Below are positions 28,915-39,689 of a DNA stretch of 58,727 bases, in pieces. The stretch comes from Rhizobium sp. Q54. GTDB taxonomy: Bacteria; Pseudomonadota; Alphaproteobacteria; Rickettsiales; UBA1997. How positions within the stretch are numbered: the stretch's first letter is position 1; each line of letters begins with the position of its first letter. A program made the position numbers and the translations under genes. The notes below the pieces were generated by a model. That model did not search any database. It had not been told where the DNA came from and was given only the letters and a program-made list of their open reading frames with translations. The DNA lies in assembly GCA_945875865.1 (NCBI GenBank), contig CAMCMF010000005.1, positions 1-58,727 on the forward strand. The letters are read 5' to 3'.

Positions 28915-31900
28915 AACATTAATAAAAGCTAAATTTGCAAAAAACCTAACCGCTTTTATTGTCCTCACCTTAAGTGTTTTTCTGATATTTTTTTCTAAAA
29001 CAAGCGTTCCGCAATCTCTTCCTGATTGCGCTACTGCCGTTGGAGCTCTTCAACCTGGAAATAATTGTTTATTTTACGGACTGCCTCTTTGTAATAATGT
29101 TCCCGGTGCTGGCTATAATATCCCCGGCTCTTCGATTACTTCACAAGCCCCAAATCCCCGCATCAATTGTGCCAACTTAAGTGATTTACCTCTTTGCACT
29201 CAAATTGATGTTACAGCCACTCCAATAAAAAATTGTGTAAAAGAATGTAGCGACGCTTCCTTTGATAGATATGCTGGAGTTAGAGGGCAAGATTACGCCA
29301 TACATAATCGCGATTGTATTAGATTTTGCGACGCTCCAGAAGTTGGAGTTATCGCCGACTCCTCTATAAATTGTACAGCAAGAAAATGTCATCAATTAGG
29401 AAGCGACATAACTCCTAATCCTACAGTTGCTCCGACTAATTGCGAAATTTTTAAATGTAATCTCCTAACTCCGGACGAGTTAAATGAAGTTAAAATGGAT
29501 GATTCTGCAAAAAAATATTGCGAAGGAAGTAATCTAAAATGTTATGACTTTACCATTGCACAACTTACTTACACTAAACTTAGAGCAATTAATAGCATGT
29601 GTGAAACTCATGATTGCCGAACAGATTCTGAAGAATGTGTTCCTTACCAATATCGTAAATTTCGTTGCGATGAGGCAACTCATACAATTTTAAATCCATC
29701 TTGCGATCTAGACTCTACTTGTGATGCGTTGGGATATTGCACCAAAAGAGATCCCGACAATGTGCAGAAAATTTTAAATAAAGGATCTTCTTACATCGCT
29801 GCCTACCAAAACTACATCAATTTCGGCTACGATATTCAAGCAAAAACCATTTGTAAATTAATAATATGCAGACCAGTGGTATATCGCGAATATCGCTGCT
29901 CACCTTTTGCAGACATAGATCCAATAACTCTCAATGTTTCCTGCGATCCAACAACTATCAATCCTATTGGAGGAGCTACAGTTGCTGCAACTTGTAGCGG
30001 AGGATATTGTACAAAAAAACTCGACTGCAACAAGCCTGAAAATAACAACGAACCAGAATGTAGCAATTCAAATCTTGGCACTTCTAGCGGCTCTGTTGAT
30101 GATACCGGAATTGATTCCTGGTTCTATCGTCCAAAACCAGACTCAGGCGCAGTTACTAACTCTGGGATTTTAAAAACAATGGACAGTATTTGTTATACTA
30201 AAGGTCAGATGTTGTCTCATGGCTGGGGTGAGGATCCTGAGATCGATTTTGGGCTTTTTACAATTCCTCTTGGATATTTTCATTGGGATAACCGATCTCC
30301 TGAAATGTGCGGCACGCCACGAGTTGGTCATAGAGGAAACGGATATATCTATCTTTGTGGCGCCGATGGTTTGCTATATCGCAAAGCAAAACCATATACC
30401 GCCTATCATAAAGGCTACGTAAAAACAGATTACGTTGAAGGAGATGCTACTCACAAAATAAATATTTGCGTTAGGTATAATAACACCATGAATGTAAGGC
30501 GAAGCTGCGGATCAAGAGAATGTATGATTGTTTGCGCTTTTGGTATTTGCACGCAGCAATGCGGCTCCGATATTTGTAGAGAATTAACGCTAACCGATAG
30601 TCATCCCGATGATTGTGCGATGGAAAAGGGTGGATCAGGAGACTGCTCATCGACTCTCGAGACTTATGTCCGCATGAGAGCTATAAAATACAAGGATTAC
30701 ATCTGCACCTTCCTTGATATGAAAGGAACATTGGCCTATGATCCACAATATTATAACGGTACAGAAAAAATGGCCGATGGCACCTGCTTCTCTGGAACAA
30801 ATGTTGATGGAGCTTGTGCTGGAGCACAAAATACTAATGATGACGAAGGATCTGCTAGCGTTTGGCGCACCCTATTCCAAATTCCTTATGTACAAAATAA
30901 CAGACCAGCGGGACAGCCTAGAGGCTATCTCAATCTCGCCGGAAGATTATTCAAAGAGCATGAATGTATTAAAGTACCTTACAGAATACACATACCAAAA
31001 ACCTACAATATTGCCAACCTAACAAATTCACCAAATTTATTCACGCCGCCTCTCTATGTTTTAAACTCAAGACTACAAAGAGGAGCGTTAATCTCAGTTG
31101 GAACTGCCCAAGATCCTTTGGGGCCTACAGATTTTAACTATCCTGAGCTTGAAGTAAGATTTGGCATCACAACTCAAAAACTAAGCTTAGGAATTGGCAA
31201 GACCGGATATGAAACTGGTGGTAATGTTGATAATCAAGGCAGCGCCAACATCTCAACTGTGATTAATGGATTCACTTATGAAGTAGAAATCTTTGTTCGA
31301 AAAGAAGAATTTCCTAATTCCGGCCTGCCAATTTTTTGCCTCTATCGCAAAATCAAAGATTCAAGCGGCGTTTATCTTGATCCACTAAGAGTAAAATGCA
31401 TAAATCGCTTCTTTCCAGAAGTTAACAATATTGCTACAAAAATCATAACGCCTGCAATCGATTTACGAAGAGTGATAATCTCTACAGGTCTTGGCAATAG
31501 CTACTCTAGCTCGAGCATAGTTTTGCGTTACTTAAGCGGCACAACTCTCAGTAGCATAAATTGTAGTTCCGCAGGGGCATCCTGCACAGCAGAATTACCT
31601 CTCAGCAATCTAGATCCAGCTATTCCAACCTGCGATGTCACTTTAGAGCGTCATGAAGTTTGCGCACAAAGAGAAGAATGTAGCAAACTGAATGTCGAAT
31701 GTATGCAAAATGAAGTCGATATATACGCCGCACTAAACGCTGCACAGCCGATCGATTCATTCCTTACAGTTCGTCAAAATTGCAATGAAATTTTACTACC
31801 TCTTTGCAATAGTAAAAAAGGTCTTGTTACAGAACCCTCATCAACGATTATAGGCTCCAATCCCAATAGAAGCCCGACTGATGTAAAAATTTATGGCTGG

Positions 31901-34816
31901 TTTAATGAGCTTTGTTTCTCATCTGGCTTTGAAAAAAGATTAAAAACTATTGTCGCTCATGATCTTAGAGACGACCTAAAGGGAAAATGTGTTATTAATG
32001 TATCGAGCCCTTATCTCACAGATTCTGACGCTAGCACAAATTGCAATGATGGTGGCAAAGCTCCAAACTGCTTATGCGTTGAAGCCATACAAGATGTTGA
32101 TCTAGGTCCGGGATATGAAGCAAGAACTCAAACTCCACGAGAAGCTGGGTTATGTATTGATATTCCTATACCGCAAACTTGTCAGGCAATTGATTATAAT
32201 CTAACTGTAAGCCCTTCTAACGATTCTGAATTCATCGCTTCTTCGATAAATAATAATGTCTATGGTACCTCTACCAGCGATATCTCTGGAAAGGTTCATA
32301 TCTCTCACAGATATCGCAGTGAAGGAAAGCCAACTCCAAATGCAATTCTGCTAAAAGGTCACGCTGAATTTCCGGTCAGCGTTATTGGAACAGTCAATGT
32401 AAATGGTGAATGTAAAGGTTTCTGGACTTACCAAAGATCGGTAGGTGGCACAATGCAAAGACCACTATTGAATTGTATTAACACTTCCGGAACTGCAGCT
32501 TGGGAAGCTGATGCTCGTAATGCTTGCACCCGCTATCAATGTAGCCAAGTATTTACCGCCGGACCAGCTATAAATGGGTTCTATCAAGGCAATTATGGTT
32601 TACTAGAAACTGCAGAAGATAAGGGTTTAAGCCATGGATTTGCTATATGGCCAAGCTATCTCAAAACCGATGATTTTACCGAAACAGTAAATGCCACAGC
32701 TTGCATAACAGGATTTAAAAAACTTGGAGCAATTACAACCACTTTAGCTGGAACTGTAAGTGGATCGAATGCCGTTACAGCATCTCTTTACAACTTGATA
32801 ACGTCATATAGCGGCGGCACTTCTGCCAGCAGACAATGTAATCAAATGGGTCAATGGTTGCCGCCAATAAATCTTTGCCAAAGAATTTCTTGTCCGGCAG
32901 TAAATCCTCCAATCCCTAGTGGTTCAGCTGATAACACAGCTTGGGAATTATGGAGAAATTCCGGCGGCGCAACCTTTCCCGCTGTCAATGCTTCAAGAAG
33001 CACTTCAAATATTCAGACCGAATCAATTTCAACCGGAATTTGCAATAATAGTTTGGGTTATTTCCGTAGCACAGGTGGATTACCACCAACTCGTGAATGT
33101 AATTATCTTGGCAATTTGAGCGAGGTAATAAATCCTTGCTCTACAGCTTGTACAGCAATTACTGAAGGTGGAGCTGGTGGCGTTGGTGGCGCTGGCGGTA
33201 CTGCAAATAATTTTAATAATGGTTTTGCTAAATGGGGAATCATCAAGAAAGAAGTGATCCTTTACGAACACTGTAACTACGGAGGATGGGCTGTCGCTGT
33301 TGAGCTCGGAGATTATCCTAGCAATCCCTGGGGGCAAGCCAGCTCTTTTAGAATAAATGGTAGTAGCGTTAAAATAATTCTTTACTCCGGAGCAAACTTC
33401 ACTGGATTATCAGAAACCCTGACCGGAGACCATGAATGCTTCGTTTACATTGGTTTAAATGACGCGATTGGATCTTTCAAAATTCAAACCGCCAGCGGAA
33501 ATTCATTAGTTGGAGAATTCCAAGGATGTGTTGCTGGCTATGTAACCAATCCATATTCATCAAGATTCAATATTGATGGCACTCCTTTGTCCGATGCTGT
33601 TGCAAATGACCTAACCAGACCAGCACAAAACCCACAAAGATTATGTCAAATCACAAATAATACCGGCTTCACTTCAAGTGTTTGGGGCGGAGTTGTTAAT
33701 GGATGTATCAATCAATGCCCTGGCTCTGACGAAGATCCAAGAGTTGGAGTTGGTGTTACTTCTCATCCAACATCAAGTGGCACTACTTTAGTAAATTGGC
33801 CAGCAACCCCATTTGGCCAAGATGCTTATGTCAGCAATCACGGTAATGAAGCGGTGCTTGGCGCCTCCTTCTTCCTACAAAATAGAGCCAATGGCTTTTA
33901 CTTATTACGTCGCCATTGTGGAATTGATGGAAAATGGACCGCGCCAGATGTGATGTGCTCTGCCAATAATGGTCAAATCAATAATAGCGTTTATTTACTT
34001 CCCGCAGTAACTGGATTTAAAAATTCAATAGTTGCAGGAGGTGGAACTGTAGTTACCGGAGCCTGTGCAAGTAACTCTTATTGGAAATATAATTATGACC
34101 AAGATCCATTCCCACAAATGTCATGTAATTTTGATGCCACCAACAAAATTGATAAAGTTTATTTAACTCTAACTGGCGGAACTCATGATTGCGAACAAAG
34201 AAGATGTCGCGCTTTCACTGCTTACAAAGGCATACGCGCCTCAATTCCAGCTATAGCTTTTGACGACGCGAGAACAGCTGTAAATGGACAGATACAAGGC
34301 ACTTGTTTGAACAGCACAACTAACTCAGCAGGAACAACGGTTTATACCACTTTAGAAAATGAAACCAACGCTCCTCGCGTTAGTTGTCAATCCAACGGAA
34401 CTTGGTCTGCAGTGGTTGGCGAAGCAAATTGTAAACATGGTTGTGATTTTGGCGGCTGGGGCACTATCAGAGTGAATCATGGTGGTTGCGGAGATGGAAT
34501 GTTCTACGCTGGTCCAGCCTTTAACTTTAAACATGGACAACAAATGAGATATGGCATTACGGATGATTGCGATAGATGGTGCGGCGCTCTAACAACAGGC
34601 TATTATTGCAATGACGGAAATGGATATTTGAATTACTCATGGGCATGGGATCCAAATTGGAACGTGTGTCGCTTTGCTAATTATAACGGACCAACGAACT
34701 CTTTTAGTGGAAGCATTGATACGGGCGCATTTTCTTCATTCTACTTCCCCGAAGGCGATAGCTACACCGATAAATATGGCAACGCCAGAAGCTTCTGGTT
34801 CTCGGTTTGGGATTAA
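28895..34816 (+). CDS. Giant Cys-rich exported/surface protein with CCP/HRM-like repeats and a beta/gamma-crystallin module
   Basis: ~1973 aa from ATG 28895; N-terminal hydrophobic helix; recurring C-x3-G-x-W...C motifs; [10 protein letters not shown]...SSFRI and [10 protein letters not shown]...GSFKI Greek-key pair. Confidence 0.85.
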   Translation: MNYQNLKTLIKAKFAKNLTAFIVLTLSVFLIFFSKTSVPQSLPDCATAVGALQPGNNCLFYGLPLCNNVPGAGYNIPGSSITSQAPNPRINCANLSDLPLCTQIDVTATPIKNCVKECSDASFDRYAGVRGQDYAIHNRDCIRFCDAPEVGVIADSSINCTARKCHQLGSDITPNPTVAPTNCEIFKCNLLTPDELNEVKMDDSAKKYCEGSNLKCYDFTIAQLTYTKLRAINSMCETHDCRTDSEECVPYQYRKFRCDEATHTILNPSCDLDSTCDALGYCTKRDPDNVQKILNKGSSYIAAYQNYINFGYDIQAKTICKLIICRPVVYREYRCSPFADIDPITLNVSCDPTTINPIGGATVAATCSGGYCTKKLDCNKPENNNEPECSNSNLGTSSGSVDDTGIDSWFYRPKPDSGAVTNSGILKTMDSICYTKGQMLSHGWGEDPEIDFGLFTIPLGYFHWDNRSPEMCGTPRVGHRGNGYIYLCGADGLLYRKAKPYTAYHKGYVKTDYVEGDATHKINICVRYNNTMNVRRSCGSRECMIVCAFGICTQQCGSDICRELTLTDSHPDDCAMEKGGSGDCSSTLETYVRMRAIKYKDYICTFLDMKGTLAYDPQYYNGTEKMADGTCFSGTNVDGACAGAQNTNDDEGSASVWRTLFQIPYVQNNRPAGQPRGYLNLAGRLFKEHECIKVPYRIHIPKTYNIANLTNSPNLFTPPLYVLNSRLQRGALISVGTAQDPLGPTDFNYPELEVRFGITTQKLSLGIGKTGYETGGNVDNQGSANISTVINGFTYEVEIFVRKEEFPNSGLPIFCLYRKIKDSSGVYLDPLRVKCINRFFPEVNNIATKIITPAIDLRRVIISTGLGNSYSSSSIVLRYLSGTTLSSINCSSAGASCTAELPLSNLDPAIPTCDVTLERHEVCAQREECSKLNVECMQNEVDIYAALNAAQPIDSFLTVRQNCNEILLPLCNSKKGLVTEPSSTIIGSNPNRSPTDVKIYGWFNELCFSSGFEKRLKTIVAHDLRDDLKGKCVINVSSPYLTDSDASTNCNDGGKAPNCLCVEAIQDVDLGPGYEARTQTPREAGLCIDIPIPQTCQAIDYNLTVSPSNDSEFIASSINNNVYGTSTSDISGKVHISHRYRSEGKPTPNAILLKGHAEFPVSVIGTVNVNGECKGFWTYQRSVGGTMQRPLLNCINTSGTAAWEADARNACTRYQCSQVFTAGPAINGFYQGNYGLLETAEDKGLSHGFAIWPSYLKTDDFTETVNATACITGFKKLGAITTTLAGTVSGSNAVTASLYNLITSYSGGTSASRQCNQMGQWLPPINLCQRISCPAVNPPIPSGSADNTAWELWRNSGGATFPAVNASRSTSNIQTESISTGICNNSLGYFRSTGGLPPTRECNYLGNLSEVINPCSTACTAITEGGAGGVGGAGGTANNFNNGFAKWGIIKKEVILYEHCNYGGWAVAVELGDYPSNPWGQASSFRINGSSVKIILYSGANFTGLSETLTGDHECFVYIGLNDAIGSFKIQTASGNSLVGEFQGCVAGYVTNPYSSRFNIDGTPLSDAVANDLTRPAQNPQRLCQITNNTGFTSSVWGGVVNGCINQCPGSDEDPRVGVGVTSHPTSSGTTLVNWPATPFGQDAYVSNHGNEAVLGASFFLQNRANGFYLLRRHCGIDGKWTAPDVMCSANNGQINNSVYLLPAVTGFKNSIVAGGGTVVTGACASNSYWKYNYDQDPFPQMSCNFDATNKIDKVYLTLTGGTHDCEQRRCRAFTAYKGIRASIPAIAFDDARTAVNGQIQGTCLNSTTNSAGTTVYTTLENETNAPRVSCQSNGTWSAVVGEANCKHGCDFGGWGTIRVNHGGCGDGMFYAGPAFNFKHGQQMRYGITDDCDRWCGALTTGYYCNDGNGYLNYSWAWDPNWNVCRFANYNGPTNSFSGSIDTGAFSSFYFPEGDSYTDKYGNARSFWFSVWD

Positions 34817-34826
34817 TTTTATATAT

Positions 34827-35294
34827 ATGATTTCAGTAATAATGGGCAGCAAGTCAGACTTCGCTACCATGAAACATTCCTGCGAAATATTGGATGATTT
34901 TGGTATCAAATATGAAGCCAAAATCATCTCCGCACATCGCACACCAAAAAGACTCTATGATTTTTGTGAAGCAGCAAAAAAAAATGGAATCAAAATAATT
35001 ATTGCTGGAGCTGGCGGTGCCGCACATTTACCCGGCATGACCGCGGCGATGACTTCTATTCCTGTTCTTGGCGTTCCGGTTGAAAGTCGCACCCTTAAAG
35101 GTCTCGACTCACTTCTTTCAATCGCACAAATGCCATATGGAATTCCAGTTGGAACTTTAGCTATTGGTGAAGCGGGAGCAAAAAATGCTGCTCTTTTGGC
35201 AATCGCGATTCTCGCATTAAGCGACGAAAAACTAGCAAAAAAACTGGAAATATTTCGCGCAAAACAAACTAAATCTATCGCCATCAAGCCATAG
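34827..35294 (+). CDS. purE: N5-carboxyaminoimidazole ribonucleotide mutase
   Basis: [24 protein letters not shown] and SIAQMP; start at ATG 34827. Confidence 0.97.
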   Translation: MISVIMGSKSDFATMKHSCEILDDFGIKYEAKIISAHRTPKRLYDFCEAAKKNGIKIIIAGAGGAAHLPGMTAAMTSIPVLGVPVESRTLKGLDSLLSIAQMPYGIPVGTLAIGEAGAKNAALLAIAILALSDEKLAKKLEIFRAKQTKSIAIKP

Positions 35295-35327
35295 TTTACA
35301 TTTAAAAAACTAACTCTTAAAATGTTC

Positions 35328-35507
35328 AACCCTAATCCGTCATTAGAAATTCAGGATAGTTTGGCTAAAGCTTGAAAATGAAGGGCGAAATAATGTTTTT
35401 AAAACGTAAACTTACTCAGCGTAAGTGCAGATTTAAAAACATTGTTTCAACCGCGCAGTTTCAAGTTTTAGGCAAAGTAGACGAATTTCTAATGACGGAT
35501 CTGGGTT
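35328..35507. mobile_element. ~180-bp MITE/RPE-like palindromic element, family D
   Basis: Terminal IR AACCCTAATCCGTCATTAGAAATT / AATTTCTAATGACGGATCTGGGTT with nested inner IRs; second copy from 58584. Confidence 0.8.
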
Positions 35508-35715
35508 CAAGCAACACCACTTATGCAAGATAATTTATTAACCAAATCTCCAATTCCATTGTCACTAAAATCAATCAAATCAGCGCTGAAATATTTGTGC
35601 TGCTTCCTTGCAGGATTCGCTTCGGTTTCAACTTTTACTCTTACTAAATCCAATAAGAGCAACAGCAACTTCAGGCCCCGACTTGGTGAAAAAGAGAATA
35701 ATTCTAATCAACAAA

Positions 35716-36075
35716 ATGAAAGAAACTAAACATACTAACTATCAGGAAGATAGGCCAAGAGATCATAGAAATCACGATAGCAGATGGCACAATGAACATC
35801 GTCACAAAAGAAATAGCTTTTTTCGCGCCGGTCAAATTTTCAGCATCCTCTATCACTTAAGCTCTTTTGCCTTAGCGTATCTTTTGGTAAAAGAAGGAGA
35901 GCAAACTCTAGCTTTCAAGCTTCTTCTGCTAAATGCCGGCCTAGTTATTTTTGCACTTTTGCTCGCAGCAATTGAAAGAAGATTTAACTCGAGCAGATAT
36001 TCAAACAGAGGCGGCAGAAATAACAGCAGACCTCAAAACAGAAGACCAAATCCTAGATTATCAGCTCGGGCATAA
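35716..36075 (+). CDS. Small membrane protein (two TM helices; resembles the DUF2335 C-terminal half)
   Basis: ATG 35716; RAGQIFSILY followed by two hydrophobic helices and an Arg/Asn-rich tail. Confidence 0.6.
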   Translation: MKETKHTNYQEDRPRDHRNHDSRWHNEHRHKRNSFFRAGQIFSILYHLSSFALAYLLVKEGEQTLAFKLLLLNAGLVIFALLLAAIERRFNSSRYSNRGGRNNSRPQNRRPNPRLSARA

Positions 36076-36307
36076 AGGACGCCTCTAAAAATTAGGATTT
36101 TTCGAGATACCATAAATAGGACTTACGCAAAATGTCACATCCCCCCCCCCCCTTCAAACTTCGGGGTCTTAAAAAAGCCGTTTGGAATTTTAATTTCCAA
36201 ACGGCTTTTTGTTAGCAAATAAAACTAAAGGGCGCCTCTAAAAATTAGGATTTTTAGAGGCGCCCTAAATTCAAAATTACCGGACAAGACGATTTTTAGA
36301 GATGTCC
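36076..36307. repeat. Composite of family A fragments, a C12 tract and a terminator hairpin
   Basis: 36076-36106 and 36229-36307 match the ends of element 1-145; C12 at 36141-36152. Confidence 0.75.
36172..36210. terminator. Bidirectional Rho-independent terminator
   Basis: AAAAAGCCGTTTGGAA / TTCCAAACGGCTTTTT between convergent genes. Confidence 0.75.
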
Positions 36308-37245
36308 TAGACGCAGCCAGTGGTAATATTAAGCCACGAACCGTAGGCCTCACATTTTCTACTTTGAGAAAGTCCCACACCGCAAGCTACCGTAGATCTA
36401 GTAACGATTTGTCCGTAATAGGCGCTTGCTGAAGTCGTGACGCTTCCTGACGCAGTTGCGCCATTACATGGAATTAAAAACATCGCTTTAAAATCTTCGA
36501 CAAAATCATTTCGACGTTTGAAGAAAACGATGTCGTCAAAGACATCGCTGTTTGAAGAAGAGGCGAAAATCGTATTATTAAAAAATGTGGTCGGCTCATT
36601 AGCGTCATTATCTCGCTCATCCGTATCAGTAGCGCGAGTATTTTGCGTTGAAGCATTAGAATTGTAACCACTGGCCTTATTGGCCCCATGACTAATCAAA
36701 ATAACTATCGCATCAGCGGTAACTGCTTGCGTCACTCCAGAAGGTTTTTCATTAACCGTGATTATTCCCGTGCTAGCCGTAGTGGAAAAAGTTGTGACGC
36801 CAAAATTAGGATCTACTGCGCTCGCGATAGTGAAATTTTTATCAACAATATAAACCATTTTAGTTTCAAAAGCATCTTCCGCCATATCGTTGGAAAGTCC
36901 TAAAGTTCTCGATGGAACCATTCCATAAACTAAATTTGTGGATGAGCCAGATTGGATAACTCCAGCGTCAGAGCAATTTGCACCCACAACTGCATTACCA
37001 TAATCAGCATCAACAGTTTTAACTTTCAGCAAGGATGCTGGACAAGGCAATCTTTTATTAGTAATCAAAAAATTTCCAATCGCCTTATAAACTTCGCGCT
37101 GACGATCATTAGTAGTTTTGATTTTTGCATTATTAATGCTGCCTACGGAAACGGATAAAGCTCCGGTAATCAAAATCGATATGATCAAAATCACGATCGA
37201 AAGTTCGAGCAAACTGTAAGCTTTTTTAAATTTTCTTTTATTCAT
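36307..37245 (-). CDS. Prepilin-type N-terminal cleavage/methylation domain protein (minor pilin or pseudopilin)
   Basis: Basic leader then A|YSLLELSIVILII (Glu+5), RLPCPA, YGMVP and ISHGAN motifs, C-terminal Cys residues. Confidence 0.88.
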   Translation of the reverse strand: MNKRKFKKAYSLLELSIVILIISILITGALSVSVGSINNAKIKTTNDRQREVYKAIGNFLITNKRLPCPASLLKVKTVDADYGNAVVGANCSDAGVIQSGSSTNLVYGMVPSRTLGLSNDMAEDAFETKMVYIVDKNFTIASAVDPNFGVTTFSTTASTGIITVNEKPSGVTQAVTADAIVILISHGANKASGYNSNASTQNTRATDTDERDNDANEPTTFFNNTIFASSSNSDVFDDIVFFKRRNDFVEDFKAMFLIPCNGATASGSVTTSASAYYGQIVTRSTVACGVGLSQSRKCEAYGSWLNITTGCV

Positions 37246-37333
37246 TAATTTCCCAAAATTGGTTTTGACAATTGTAACTTCGTTCCTATTTTTCGCGCCC
37301 GCAAATTTTTACCAACTTGCGGAAAAACTTTAA

Positions 37334-37409
37334 GGGGGCATAGCTCAGTTGGTAGAGCACCTGCTTTGCAAGCAGGGGGTCAGGAGTTCGAGTCTCCTTG
37401 CCTCCACCA
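37334..37409 (+). tRNA. tRNA-Ala (anticodon TGC)
   Basis: 76 nt; GGGGGCA/TGCCTCC acceptor stem with G3:U70; D-arm TAGCTCAGTTGGTAGAGC; TTCGA T-loop; encoded CCA. Confidence 0.97.
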
Positions 37410-37520
37410 GCCTTCGCTCTTACGAGCTTCGGCTGGCAAGCCAGCCCGTCAGGGATGGACTGTTAGATGAAGATCGTTAGAGCGAAGGCTGTCCGCCGTA
37501 GCTTCAGCGAAGGAGGACTG
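37410..37520. repeat. tRNA-adjacent palindromic element, family E
   Basis: GCCTTCGCTCT ... AGAGCGAAGGC inverted repeat followed by a GTCCGCCGTAGCTTCAGCGAAGGAGGAC hairpin. Confidence 0.65.
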
Positions 37521-37558
37521 GTTCACCAACGAACCAAATCATTTTTAATCTCCCCTCC

Positions 37559-38380
37559 CTACTTCCCCACAAACTTCTCAACTTCGTCCGCCAAAAATTC
37601 CGCAGAAAATCCAAGATGTCCAGCACCTTGCACTTCAATAAATTTTTTCGGCGCCTTAATTAAATCAAAAAGTTTTTTTCCTTCAGTAAAAGGAACTATA
37701 TTGTCAGCAGTTCCGTGGATGATAAGGGTTGGTGAAGAAATTTCTGACGCAAATTTTGCTGAATCAAAAGTATCTTTTAAAATCCAAGAAACTGGAGCGA
37801 ACCAATAAATTTTTTGTGCAACCGAGGTAATCGAAGAATATGGGGATTCAAGAATTACCGCCGCCACATCAAATTTTGCTGCCAACTGAACCGCAACTCC
37901 AGAACCAAGAGATTCACCATATAAAACAACGTCTTTTGGTAAATATCCGATATCTAAAATAAATTTTAATGCCGCTTTTCCATCATTTATCAAGCCAGCT
38001 TCCGTCGGCTCTCCTTCTGATCCGGGATAGCCACGATAAGAAATTGCCAAAACACCAAAACCAGAATTAATAAAAGCCTCCAAACGATCCTGACGTCCTC
38101 CCAAATTTCCCGCATTGCCGTGAAAATAAAGAATGATTTTTTTGTTTTCTTTTGGCTCTCTAAACCAAGATAAAATTTTAACATTATCTTCGGTGGTAAG
38201 AATTTTTTCTTCAAAACTTTCCGGTATTCCAGAAATTGTTCCACTAGGAATATATTGCAAATTTCTCTGAAAAAAGAATATAGCCAAAAGCAATAAGCAA
38301 TAAGTGAAAAAAAATATCGTTAAATTCCAAGCCGAAAAAATTTTCACAAAATATTTAAATAAAAGTTTTCGGATTGTCAT
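37559..38380 (-). CDS. Alpha/beta hydrolase (BEM46/ABHD13-like)
   Basis: N-terminal TM, FHGNAGN, YRGYPGS, GESLG nucleophile, IHGTAD and GAGH. Confidence 0.92.
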   Translation of the reverse strand: MTIRKLLFKYFVKIFSAWNLTIFFFTYCLLLLAIFFFQRNLQYIPSGTISGIPESFEEKILTTEDNVKILSWFREPKENKKIILYFHGNAGNLGGRQDRLEAFINSGFGVLAISYRGYPGSEGEPTEAGLINDGKAALKFILDIGYLPKDVVLYGESLGSGVAVQLAAKFDVAAVILESPYSSITSVAQKIYWFAPVSWILKDTFDSAKFASEISSPTLIIHGTADNIVPFTEGKKLFDLIKAPKKFIEVQGAGHLGFSAEFLADEVEKFVGK

Positions 38381-38540
38381 AGTAATTGGTTTTTGTCTTT
38401 CGACATAGCATCATCCTCAGTGTCATCCCCGCGAAGGCGGGGATCCAGTGTTACAGCATGAAAGAGCTGGATCCCCGCCTTCGCGGGGATGACACTGAGA
38501 GTGTTGCTCGTTAGTAAGAAACCAATTACTATGACAATCC
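38371..38540. repeat. 22-bp inverted repeats enclosing a family B' REP pair
   Basis: GGATTGTCATAGTAATTGGTTT (38371-38392) / AAACCAATTACTATGACAATCC (38519-38540); inner 33-bp IR at 38416-38448 and 38467-38499. Confidence 0.85.
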
Positions 38541-38658
38541 CAAAGTTTTTATACCGAAACCAATTCAAGTTACCGATCTCAAAAATAAAGAGTCGGTATA
38601 TGGGGTTCCCCACGACCGTGGGGCGCAGGCCATCCTGCGTAAAAATAAAATCAATATA

Positions 38659-39606
38659 CTAAATCGGCTTCTTGAAGCTGATTTGGTATAGATCTTCAGA
38701 ATTTTGAATCGAACGCGATTTTAAATTTGGACAAGTTCGACCAACTAAACCGGCCAAAACTTTTCCCGAACCAATTTCGATAATTTCTTCAACGCCTTGT
38801 GATTCCATGAAGAGCATGGTTTCACGCCATCTAACTGCACCAGTAATTTGTTTAGCCAGTAAATCACGAATCTCATTTGGATCAGAAACAATTTTTGCAG
38901 TTACGTTTGCAACAACCGAAACAATTGGTGATTTAATTTCTGCTTTTGCCAATGCATCACGCATAATATTTTGCGCATCCAACATTAAAGCGGAGTGAAA
39001 TGCACCACTCACCGGCAGAGCAATAGCGCGCTTTGCACCCTTCCCTTTAGCAATTTCAATCGCGCGATCAATCGCAATTTTAGAGCCAGAAATTACGATT
39101 TGTCCGACAGAATTATCATTAGCAACTTGGCAGACATCACCTTGCGCCGCCTCTGCTGCGATTGCTTGCGCCACATCAATTTCAACTCCTAAAATTGCCG
39201 CCATCGCGCCTTGAGTTTTTTCGCCGCACTTCGCCATTTCACGTCCGCGCACCTGTAAAAGTTTTGCAGTTTCTTCCAGCGTTAAAGCCTTTGCAGCACA
39301 AAGCGCAGAATATTCTCCTAAAGAATGTCCTGCAGTAAAAGCGCAAAGATCAGAAAATTTTTTACCGAATTCTTTTTCCAAAACTTCAATTAAAGCAATC
39401 GAAACTGCCATCAAAGCCGGCTGAGTATTTTCAGTTTTTGTTAGCTCTTCGCTTGGACCTTCAAACATAATTTTGGATAAATTTACGCCCAAAATTTCAT
39501 CAACCTTTTGAAAAACTTCGCGTGCTGCAGCAAAATTTTCGAATAAATCTTTTCCCATTCCGATTGCTTGTGAACCTTGTCCTGGAAAGACGATAGCTGT
39601 TTTCAT
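38659..39606 (-). CDS. fabD: Malonyl-CoA:ACP transacylase
   Basis: FPGQGSQ, TQPAL, GHSLGEYSAL and VSGAFHS. Confidence 0.97.
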   Translation of the reverse strand: MKTAIVFPGQGSQAIGMGKDLFENFAAAREVFQKVDEILGVNLSKIMFEGPSEELTKTENTQPALMAVSIALIEVLEKEFGKKFSDLCAFTAGHSLGEYSALCAAKALTLEETAKLLQVRGREMAKCGEKTQGAMAAILGVEIDVAQAIAAEAAQGDVCQVANDNSVGQIVISGSKIAIDRAIEIAKGKGAKRAIALPVSGAFHSALMLDAQNIMRDALAKAEIKSPIVSVVANVTAKIVSDPNEIRDLLAKQITGAVRWRETMLFMESQGVEEIIEIGSGKVLAGLVGRTCPNLKSRSIQNSEDLYQISFKKPI

Positions 39607-39628
39607 AATTTTTATTTTTTTGATAAAT

Positions 39629-39688
39629 CACCCGTCATCCACTTACGCCAAGGCTACAGCGGACGCCAGCCTCTTTTTTCAAAGAGGG
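39629..39688. repeat. Family C-like two-hairpin element between galU and fabD
   Basis: CCTCTTT-TTTC-AAAGAGG hairpin preceded by a GC-rich segment, as at 347-395. Confidence 0.45.
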
Positions 39689-39689
39689 C

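Noticed and set aside
34674-34826. N-terminal extension of purE
   Set aside because: Overlaps the end of the giant gene; PurE homology starts at ATG 34827.
35523-35729. 68-aa ORF, or a frameshifted 5' part of the 35716 gene
   Set aside because: No family motif (no DUF2335 PPP segment); cannot be supported, though a small peptide is not excluded.
36141-36152. C12 tract as a phase-variation switch
   Set aside because: It lies between convergent 3' ends, not in an ORF or an evident promoter.
37334-37558. tRNA-Ala as a prophage or island attachment site
   Set aside because: No integrase, and I did not see a duplicated tRNA 3' end elsewhere in the window.
38377-38613. 78-aa ORF containing VIPAKAGIQ and LDPRLRGDD
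   Set aside because: Translation of the intergenic REP pair; no independent coding evidence.
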